Positions 1-5,950 of a stretch of 6,145 bases of DNA are shown one piece after another. Positions within the stretch are counted from its first letter, which is position 1. Each line of letters begins with the position of its first letter. The notes beneath the pieces are model-generated. The model was not told the DNA's origin and did not search any database. It was given only the letters and a program-made list of their open reading frames with translations. A program made the translations under genes and the position numbers. The stretch is from a virus. The stretch spans positions 1-6,145 of the IMG/VR virus record IMGVR_UViG_3300011982_000017; one strand, 5' to 3'.

Positions 1-77
1 TACAAATATAGTTATTAACTTGTCTTTGCTTATAGATTTAATGTAAATCTTACGCTTTTTTAACTCTGCGCTGTGAA
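1..77. repeat. Terminal redundancy of a circular genome (left copy)
   Basis: Read directly: bases 1-77 (tacaaatatagttattaacttg...ctctgcgctgtgaa) are identical to 6069-6145. One exact direct repeat at the two ends of a roughly 6 kb microvirus-like contig is what a circular assembly produces. The unit length is 6068 nt. Confidence 0.95.
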
Positions 78-224
78 GCGTGGAGTTATTTATTTGGGTA
101 CAGGGTCTTAATAAGACCCGTAGCGGATAGCACCACAAAGCGAAGCGGTTAAGGCGCTGGGGCTTGCCCCCTGCTTGACGGAATAGCGAAGCGTATGGAG
201 GAAATAAAGCGCCCCTTATAAGTC
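61..224 (+). other. GC-rich multi-hairpin non-coding element (candidate complementary-strand origin or structured RNA)
   Basis: By hand count, 121-215 is roughly 55-60% GC while the flanks are visibly AT-rich. Hand-folded stem-loops: 61-88 (12 bp including two G-T/G-U wobbles, GTGA loop); 103-109/113-119 (GGGTCTT-AAT-AAGACCC, perfect 7 bp); 144-147/155-158 (AGCG-GTTAAGG-CGCT); 159-162/167-170 (GGGG-CTTG-CCCC). The 9-mer AGCGAAGCG occurs at 139-147 and 185-193, each containing GCGAAGC, and GAAGCG occurs a third time at 75-80. No ORF of meaningful length is present on either strand. Confidence 0.5.
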
Positions 225-301
225 AAAAAAATCTTTCTACAAACACAAATATAAAACGCAAACGCCCCCGCCGTTTGTCAAAGCTCTTGTTTCTTACAGG
301 A

Positions 302-325
302 AAAACTGACACCTCGTCAGTTTTC
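302..325 (+). terminator. Terminator-like hairpin (AAAACTGAC-acctc-GTCAGTTTT)
   Basis: A perfect 9-bp inverted repeat at 302-310/316-324 with a 5-nt loop. The core CTGAC/GTCAG stem is followed by TTTT and preceded by an A-run, which is the look of a bidirectional intrinsic terminator. It sits at the 3' edge of the GC-rich island, before the AT-rich stretch leading to the small ORF and rep. The stem is short and weak. Confidence 0.3.
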
Positions 326-429
326 AAAAAACCTATACTAAACACTACTAAAAATATATAAATCTTAAAAAACACTAATCATACTATTAATTATCTAACT
401 TTTTACCTGTAATTATTTATATTTGTGGC

Positions 430-606
430 ATGAACTTTGATATGTGGCAAAATTTCGATGAAATATGTAATTATACTCTTACTTGCGGTGATTGTAGTTG
501 GTGTGTGGTTAATTTTAGTGGCTCAGGACATTTTACCAGCTTTATATGTTCTAATCATCCTGAGCACCCTGAAGTAAAACTAACTGATAAGTGCTTTTTA
601 TTATGA
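430..606 (+). CDS. Small Cys/His-rich hypothetical protein (58 aa), putative zinc-binding, translationally coupled to Rep
   Basis: My own translation, since the ORF is not in the supplied track: MNFDMWQNFDEICNYTLTCGDCSWCVVNFSGSGHFTSFICSNHPEHPEVKLTDKCFLL*. It has 6 Cys and 3 His arranged C-x5-C-x2-C-x2-C ... C-x2-H-x2-H. The stop TGA (604-606) overlaps the ATG at 603-605 of the rep gene, a 4-nt ATGA overlap typical of coupled translation. It is on the same strand as every other gene and fills otherwise unexplained space. I cannot check homology. Confidence 0.45.
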   Translation: MNFDMWQNFDEICNYTLTCGDCSWCVVNFSGSGHFTSFICSNHPEHPEVKLTDKCFLL

Positions 607-2387
607 TAGACGAAATTAAATCTTATACTGCTAAAGAGTTTTTGCCTAACGATAACCTTTTCGGTTGTCTTCATCCCTCGTATATATATAATAAAAATAC
701 AGGACATTATGAAACAGTGCCCTGTAAAAAGTGTACATATTGCGTTAATGTTGAAGCGAGTAAACAATCTCGACGAGTTCGTGAAGAAATAAAACAACAT
801 TTGTACAGTGTTATGTTTACACTTACATACGATAATGAATATATACCACGAATGGAAGCATTTGCAGGCAAACATGGAGAAATGCAAATACGACCAATTG
901 GACGTACAAAAGAACTTCATAACTGTTGCCCTTTCAATTCTAAAGATTTTAACGGAGAATATCGTTTTAACGATGATACTCGTATTCCATGGATTGAAAA
1001 AAATAAAATAGTTTGGAAAAATAACATACAATTTGCAACAGTTAGCAAAAAAGACATACAGAATTTTCTCAAAAGATTGAGGAAAAAAATAGATAACTTA
1101 AATATTCCACAAAATGAAAAAAAAATTCGTTACTACATTGCAAGCGAATACGGACCTACGACACTCCGTCCGCATTACCACGGTATCCTATTCATCGATT
1201 CCGCCGAAGTCCTCTCTAAAATTAAAGATTTCATCGTTGACTCGTGGGGACTTTGGGTCAAGAAAAAAGGCACATTTAATAAGTATGAATTTAAACCGTT
1301 TGCGGATACTTTTCTTACCGCTGACAACATCAACATCTGTAACCCAAACACAGCATTCTATATTGCTGAATATGTTGCAGGCAATTTGGGTTTACCAGAG
1401 GTGTTACGAGAGCGTTGCACACGCCCGTTCCACTTACAAAGTAAAAACCCTGTTATTGGTGAATTCAAAAATAGCAAAGAAGAAGTTTTCGCACGCATCG
1501 ACCTCGGAATGCTTAGAAAGCCTGAAACATTTACTAAAAAAGATGGAACTCAAAAAACAGTTAATTTACTTATATCCAAAGATACATTATCTACCGTCTT
1601 CCGCAAATGTTACCGATATCGTGACTTATCTAATGATACAAAATATCACACTTATAACTTCTATTCTAAACACATCCGAGAATGGAAAGAGTACATTAAT
1701 GTTAAACTTATAGAATATGCTTTTACGAATAATATTAGATTTAATCGAGTTAATTTGTCTCGTTATCTTAGAGTACACCGTGAAGACACTTTCAGGAATT
1801 GGTGTATTAATTACAAAGCTGATGAGTATTTTCAACTTGAAATGGATAACGACACGAATTGGTATAGTAGTAAAAAGTGTTATGAATGCTCTAAAGATAT
1901 TGACCTTAGGAGATATAGTAACTTTTCTGATTTTACTTCTGTGTATCTTTTTATGTTCGATAGGTATCTTTATTTATACGAACAAGATAAGCTATCTACC
2001 TTTTATAATACATTTAATAACTTGATAGAGGAAATAGGCTATTATTCTGCCGAATTAGAGTGTTTTCCACTTCTCCGTCAAGCTATTCCACATATTAAAA
2101 AATTCACCGTTCACGGTTATAATTTAAACTTTGATAGAGAGAATAGAAAAGATATAAATTTACAACCATATATTAATTATATACAGCGAACTTCTTTTAA
2201 ATATTGGGTAACTCCTTACAACTTTCACGGCTATTTTGACGATGAAAAATTTGATAAAGAGTATAACCCCCGAAAAACATCTTTTTTCGAAAGGTACAAG
2301 AATGAACAAAAGAAAAAACTTAATATTCGTACGAAAACGAAGAAAGTAAACAACACAACAGTTAATGGAGTTCGAAAAATGGCTTAA
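603..2387 (+). CDS. VP4: Rolling-circle replication initiator protein (Microviridae VP4 / gene A-like, HUH endonuclease)
   Basis: The HUH superfamily motifs appear in the canonical order. Motif I is FTLTY (816-830). Motif II is HYHGILF (1173-1193). Motif III carries two tyrosines, YIAEY (1359-1373), with the same Y-x3-Y spacing as phiX174 A protein YVAKY. The N-terminal VPCKKCTYC cysteine cluster is typical of microvirus VP4. The track ORF opens at GTG 591. I prefer ATG 603 because it forms the ATGA overlap with the upstream small ORF. Stop is TAA at 2385-2387. Confidence 0.9.
   Translation: MIDEIKSYTAKEFLPNDNLFGCLHPSYIYNKNTGHYETVPCKKCTYCVNVEASKQSRRVREEIKQHLYSVMFTLTYDNEYIPRMEAFAGKHGEMQIRPIGRTKELHNCCPFNSKDFNGEYRFNDDTRIPWIEKNKIVWKNNIQFATVSKKDIQNFLKRLRKKIDNLNIPQNEKKIRYYIASEYGPTTLRPHYHGILFIDSAEVLSKIKDFIVDSWGLWVKKKGTFNKYEFKPFADTFLTADNINICNPNTAFYIAEYVAGNLGLPEVLRERCTRPFHLQSKNPVIGEFKNSKEEVFARIDLGMLRKPETFTKKDGTQKTVNLLISKDTLSTVFRKCYRYRDLSNDTKYHTYNFYSKHIREWKEYINVKLIEYAFTNNIRFNRVNLSRYLRVHREDTFRNWCINYKADEYFQLEMDNDTNWYSSKKCYECSKDIDLRRYSNFSDFTSVYLFMFDRYLYLYEQDKLSTFYNTFNNLIEEIGYYSAELECFPLLRQAIPHIKKFTVHGYNLNFDRENRKDINLQPYINYIQRTSFKYWVTPYNFHGYFDDEKFDKEYNPRKTSFFERYKNEQKKKLNIRTKTKKVNNTTVNGVRKMA
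1833..1851 (+). promoter_or_regulatory. Candidate viral-strand origin nick site (phiX174 ori-like), copy A, inside rep
   Basis: CAACTTGAAATGGATAACG. The first 18 nt match 15/18 positions of the phiX174 origin core CAACTTG^ATATTAATAAC, which I recall from the literature, including the full CAACTTGA around the nick. As in phiX174, the site lies inside the rep gene on the viral strand. Confidence 0.3.
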
Positions 2388-2433
2388 CCAATTATTAAAC
2401 AAATATGTATAACTATTTAATTTTAAATTAATT

Positions 2434-4140
2434 ATGTCAACTTCAAAAGTACCATTAATTAAACCAAGTAAGGCGACACGCCCAAGAAATGCGTTTGATA
2501 TTTCACAGCGTCACCTATTTACAGCGCCCGCAGGTGCTTTGCTCCCTGTGTTGTCGCTTGACCTCCTACCCCACGACCATGTGGAAATTAATGCAAGTGA
2601 TTTCATGCGCACTTTACCGATGAACAGTGCGGCGTTTATGAGTATGCGAGGAGTTTATGAATTTTACTTTGTGCCTTACAAACAGTTATGGAGCGGTTTT
2701 GACCAATTTATAACAGGTATGAGCGATTATAAGTCATCATTTATGTACGCATTTAAAGGCAAAACTCCTCCCTCTTGCGTGTCTTTCGATGTACAGAAGT
2801 TAGTTGATTTCTGTAAAACAAACACCGCCAAAGATATACACGGCTTTGACAAAAATAAAGGTGTTTATCGAATTCTTGACCTGTTAGGTTATGGAAAATA
2901 TGCAAATTCGGCAGGTGTTCCATACACTAATCCAATTTCTACTGCTATTGGCAAATGTACACCTTTTAGAGGTTTAGCATATCAAAAGATATATAACGAC
3001 TTCTACCGTAATACAACCTATGAAGAGTATCAACTTGAAAGTTTTAACGTTGATATGTTCTATGGCAGTGGAAAAGTTAAGGAAACAATTCCTAACGAAC
3101 CATGGGATTACGATTGGTTTACGCTAAGATATCGAAATGCTCAAAAAGACCTTTTGACTAACGTTCGCCCTACTCCGTTGTTTAGTTTGGACGATTTTAA
3201 CCCCCAATTTTTTACAGGTGGTAGTGATATAGTTATGGAAAAAGGACCAAATGTCACAGGTGGAACACACGAGTATAGAGATAGTGTCGTTATTGTTGGA
3301 AAGAACCTAAAAGAACAAGGTGTAGACAGTAAAAGAACTATGATATCAGTTGCAGATATCCGCAACGCCTTTGCTCTTGAGAAACTTGCATCTGTAACCA
3401 TGAGAGCAGGAAAAACCTACAAGGAGCAAATGGAAGCGCATTTCGGTATAAGTGTAGAAGAAGGACGTGACGGACGTTGTACATATATCGGTGGTTTTGA
3501 TTCTAATATACAAGTAGGTGATGTAACCCAATCAAGTGGTACTACTGTAACAGGTACAAAAGATACATCTTTTGGTGGTTATCTTGGAAGAACTACAGGA
3601 AAGGCGACAGGAAGCGGTAGCGGTCATATTCGCTTTGATGCAAAAGAACATGGTATTTTAATGTGTATTTATTCACTTGTTCCTGATGTTCAATATGACA
3701 GTAAGAGAGTAGACCCATTCGTACAAAAGATAGAGCGTGGCGATTTCTTTGTACCAGAGTTTGAGAACTTAGGTATGCAACCATTATTTGCTAAAAATAT
3801 TAGCTATAAGTATAATAATAATTTAGCTAATGCAAGAATAAAGAATTTAGGTGCTTTCGGTTGGCAACCCCGATATTCTGAATATAAGACAGCGTTAGAC
3901 ATCAATCATGGTCAATTTGTTCATAACGAACCGCTAAGTTATTGGACTGTTGCCCGAGCAAGAGGTGAAAGTATGTCTAACTTCAATATCTCGACATTCA
4001 AAATTAATCCTAAGTGGCTTGACGATGTTTTTGCCGTAAATTACAACGGTACAGAATTAACCGACCAAGTTTTTGGCGGTTGTTACTTTAACATCGTAAA
4101 AGTTTCAGATATGAGTATTGACGGAATGCCCAAAGTATAA
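2434..4140 (+). CDS. VP1: Major capsid protein (Microviridae VP1 / F-like)
   Basis: A 568-aa ORF and the second-longest ORF in the genome, after rep. The N-terminus RPRNAFDISQRHLFTAPAGALLPV...DHVEINASDFMRTLPMNSAAFMSMRGVYEFYFVPYKQLW has the characteristic microvirus capsid signature (R-N-x-F-D-x-S, then a beta-rich jelly-roll core). The C-terminal WQPRYSEYK and YWT segments are also typical. Stop is TAA at 4138-4140. Confidence 0.95.
   Translation: MSTSKVPLIKPSKATRPRNAFDISQRHLFTAPAGALLPVLSLDLLPHDHVEINASDFMRTLPMNSAAFMSMRGVYEFYFVPYKQLWSGFDQFITGMSDYKSSFMYAFKGKTPPSCVSFDVQKLVDFCKTNTAKDIHGFDKNKGVYRILDLLGYGKYANSAGVPYTNPISTAIGKCTPFRGLAYQKIYNDFYRNTTYEEYQLESFNVDMFYGSGKVKETIPNEPWDYDWFTLRYRNAQKDLLTNVRPTPLFSLDDFNPQFFTGGSDIVMEKGPNVTGGTHEYRDSVVIVGKNLKEQGVDSKRTMISVADIRNAFALEKLASVTMRAGKTYKEQMEAHFGISVEEGRDGRCTYIGGFDSNIQVGDVTQSSGTTVTGTKDTSFGGYLGRTTGKATGSGSGHIRFDAKEHGILMCIYSLVPDVQYDSKRVDPFVQKIERGDFFVPEFENLGMQPLFAKNISYKYNNNLANARIKNLGAFGWQPRYSEYKTALDINHGQFVHNEPLSYWTVARARGESMSNFNISTFKINPKWLDDVFAVNYNGTELTDQVFGGCYFNIVKVSDMSIDGMPKV
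3031..3049 (+). promoter_or_regulatory. Second copy of the ori-like motif, copy B, inside the capsid gene
   Basis: CAACTTGAAAGTTTTAACG. It matches copy A at 15/19 positions (CAACTTGAAA-N4-TAACG) and the phiX174 ori core at 14/18. Both copies are also preceded by GAGTAT, directly here and 2 nt further upstream in copy A. Confidence 0.2.
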
Positions 4141-4158
4141 AAAGAAAGGAATACAAAT

Positions 4159-4599
4159 ATGAGTAATTTAAATATCTTTTTCCCTTATATGTCAAGTGAG
4201 GACATAAAAGCAATGGAAGTCCAAACAGAACCAAACAGAGATTTGCCTGCGTTAAATAGAGAAATTGAGGAAGTAGTGGAAACTCTTTTCCCTATTGATC
4301 CACTTACAGGTAATCCAACATCAGCAGTTAGTAAACTTTTATCTCCTGCAGTTAGCGCACTTGAAAAAGAGAAGTATGCAAAGATGATGGAAGCAATACC
4401 AACAGATAATGGTAATAGAGGCGTTGATGATGAAACACTTATGGCAACTTTGCCCAGTCGTAGAAATATGACAATGACGGACAACGACAAATTTGCAAAT
4501 CACATCGCTAACTTTACTGATTACGTGGCAGAAAGTGGAAAAGAAGCAACCCCAACCGATACAGGAAGTCCTGAAACAGGTACAGGAACAGCTGAATAA
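4159..4599 (+). CDS. Small acidic protein, function unknown (possible internal scaffolding protein, VP3-like)
   Basis: A 146-aa ORF in the slot between capsid and pilot genes, on the same strand with tight 18-nt spacing after VP1. AAAGGA at 4145-4150, 8 nt upstream of the ATG, is the only clear SD-like site in the genome. The protein is D/E/T/P-rich with a low-complexity tail (TPTDTGSPETGTGTAE), consistent with a disordered scaffolding-type protein. That function is inferred from position and composition only. Confidence 0.7.
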   Translation: MSNLNIFFPYMSSEDIKAMEVQTEPNRDLPALNREIEEVVETLFPIDPLTGNPTSAVSKLLSPAVSALEKEKYAKMMEAIPTDNGNRGVDDETLMATLPSRRNMTMTDNDKFANHIANFTDYVAESGKEATPTDTGSPETGTGTAE

Positions 4600-4603
4600 T
4601 AAA

Positions 4604-4632
4604 AGTAGGGGGAATTTGCCCCCTACTCTTTC
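4604..4632 (+). terminator. Strong GC-rich stem-loop between the acidic ORF and VP2 (leaky terminator, attenuator or mRNA-stabilising hairpin)
   Basis: AGTAGGGGG (4604-4612) pairs perfectly with CCCCCTACT (4619-4627) around a 6-nt loop AATTTG. It starts 5 nt after the TAA of the 146-aa ORF. The trailing T-tract is short (CTTTC), so termination would be partial at best. That would resemble the inefficient intergenic hairpin terminators of phiX174. Confidence 0.35.
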
Positions 4633-4654
4633 ATAACTTTAAAGTTTTTGAATT

Positions 4655-5950
4655 ATGGAACAACAACAACAAAGTAACGGAGTAGGTGCAGCTCTTGCCG
4701 GTGGTTTGACTTCTGGCGCTTTTGGACTTATTGGCGGTGCAATAAATTCAATATTTGGCGCACGTTCACAGAGGAAAGAAAATGCAAGAAATAGAGCACA
4801 CCAAGAACTGATGTTAAAACGACAACAAGAGTACAACGATAAAGTTAATCAAGAAAATAGAGAATGGACAAATGAGGTAAACGTAAGAAATCGTATAGAA
4901 AGCGCAGGTTATAACCCTTATTTATACGACAACAACGCTCAAGCAAGCGCAGTAAATTCTAATAGTGCAGGCTCTGCCCCTGTTGAAAATATGCCGAGTG
5001 GTTTTGACCCAAGTTTTGGCAACGCTTTGCAAAATGCAGGCAATTTATTTGCCGATAGTATGAATAAAATTAAAACTTTTGAAAAAGATAATTATGACTT
5101 AGGACGTAAAAAAATTATTGATGATAAAAAAGACACACTTTCAGGTGGTGAAGGTGAAACAGAGGCACAGGAAGCAGTTGCCAACGCTAAATTAGCAGGC
5201 GCACACGCTCGTAAAGAATTAGCTTTAGCAGCTCAAGAAGAATTAAATACAACTTTTATGCAGTCACAGGCTTATGACGAGAACTCGCAACCGATGACAA
5301 ATCCGGACGGTTCTCCGATGACGTACAGCGACGCCAAAAACAAAGGTATAGTATCACAGCAATACAAAACTATTGAGAAGTTGTCGCAAGAGATTGCAAA
5401 TTTAGTAGAACAAGGTGACGGCATTAAATGGGATAATTTAACTAAAAAATATAATTTACAAGAATTGATGCCTGCAACTCTTGACCAAATTAGAGCATTA
5501 ACGGATAAATATAACACAGAAGTAAAAAAATTAAAGTCAGATATACAACTTAATGCAGAATTAGCAGTTACTGAATATTTTAAGCGAATGAATTTTCGAG
5601 CAGCTGCAAATATGAATTATTCATTATCAAACTTTTATAATATTTCTGCTTGGGATATAAAACAACAAAATCCGTATAAGATTAATGAATTAAAGTCAAG
5701 AAGTTTCTTTAATAATAGCCATGCAAATTATTTTAATGGTATGCTTCCATTCCAACAAGATTTGCTAAATGCACAAACAGGACATTATTTGAACCTTTCG
5801 GATAAGTTGAAGTTAGAAAATTATTTCAATGAGCAAACAATGGATAAAAGACTTTCACGTTTTGAATTAGATTATTATAAAAGTATTATGAGTGATGCAT
5901 ATAAAGGTGTTGGAAAATTAGGCGGTATGTTTATACCACGTTTTTGGTAA
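4655..5950 (+). CDS. VP2: Minor capsid / DNA pilot protein (Microviridae VP2 / H-like)
   Basis: A 431-aa ORF downstream of the capsid gene. The N-terminus has a Gly/Ala-rich hydrophobic segment (GVGAALAGGLTSGAFGLIGGAINSIFGA), a glycine-zipper-like membrane segment as in pilot proteins. This is followed by long charged Q/E/K/A-rich, probably coiled-coil, stretches (EAQEAVANAKLAGAHARKELALAAQEEL). Size, position and architecture fit VP2. Stop is TAA at 5948-5950. Confidence 0.8.
   Translation: MEQQQQSNGVGAALAGGLTSGAFGLIGGAINSIFGARSQRKENARNRAHQELMLKRQQEYNDKVNQENREWTNEVNVRNRIESAGYNPYLYDNNAQASAVNSNSAGSAPVENMPSGFDPSFGNALQNAGNLFADSMNKIKTFEKDNYDLGRKKIIDDKKDTLSGGEGETEAQEAVANAKLAGAHARKELALAAQEELNTTFMQSQAYDENSQPMTNPDGSPMTYSDAKNKGIVSQQYKTIEKLSQEIANLVEQGDGIKWDNLTKKYNLQELMPATLDQIRALTDKYNTEVKKLKSDIQLNAELAVTEYFKRMNFRAAANMNYSLSNFYNISAWDIKQQNPYKINELKSRSFFNNSHANYFNGMLPFQQDLLNAQTGHYLNLSDKLKLENYFNEQTMDKRLSRFELDYYKSIMSDAYKGVGKLGGMFIPRFW

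Noticed and set aside
16-22. TAACTTG in the non-coding region, a third partial match to the CAACTTG nick sequence
   Set aside because: Only a 6-nt match, lacking the first C and the A after the G. That is expected by chance in 6 kb.
1-77. Terminal direct repeat read as an LTR, att site or mobile-element end
   Set aside because: A single exact repeat located precisely at both window ends, with a full microvirus gene complement between them, is explained by a circular contig. There are no target-site duplications or recombinase genes.
103-158. tRNA-like pieces: 103-119 can be drawn as a 5-bp stem with a 7-nt loop (TTAATAA), and 144-158 resembles a type-II tRNA D-arm (AGCGGTTAAGGCGCT)
   Set aside because: No acceptor stem, no T-arm (no GTTCRANYC-like loop) and no consistent cloverleaf spacing could be built on either strand. 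The implied anticodon (AAT) is also not one normally used.
139-193. AGCGAAGCG direct repeats considered as a CRISPR-like or iteron array
   Set aside because: There are only two full copies of a 9-mer, spaced 46 nt apart, which is far too short and too few for a CRISPR array. An iteron role remains possible and is covered in the GC-island finding.
197-226. Possible Xer/dif-like site GGAGGAAATAA-agcgcccc-TTATAAGTCAA
   Set aside because: Only about 7/11 and 5/11 matches to the E. coli XerC and XerD arms, with an 8-nt spacer. I do not know the relevant host dif sequence, so this is too weak to call.
808-1011. A 67-aa +1-frame ORF inside the 5' part of rep
   Set aside because: It is short, has no distinguishing features, and overlaps the most conserved part of Rep (motif I region). 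It is most likely a by-product of stop-poor off-frame codon usage.
2417-2431. AT-only palindrome TTAATTT-T-AAATTAA just upstream of the VP1 start
   Set aside because: It is a low-complexity AT sequence in an AT-rich spacer with negligible predicted stability, so it cannot be distinguished from chance.
4661-4672. (CAA)4 microsatellite at the start of VP2
   Set aside because: It simply encodes QQQQ after Met-Glu and is too short to argue for slippage-based phase variation.
555-5517. Nine minus-strand ORFs in the track (555-1031, 1626-1835, 2160-2402, 3141-3401, 3346-3531, 3593-3784, 4185-4490, 4639-4836, 5272-5517)
   Set aside because: Each lies antisense to, and almost entirely within, a well-supported + strand gene. 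Their products are low-complexity and hydrophobic or Cys/Phe-rich, as expected of antisense translations of AT-rich genes. Known Microviridae transcribe only one strand.
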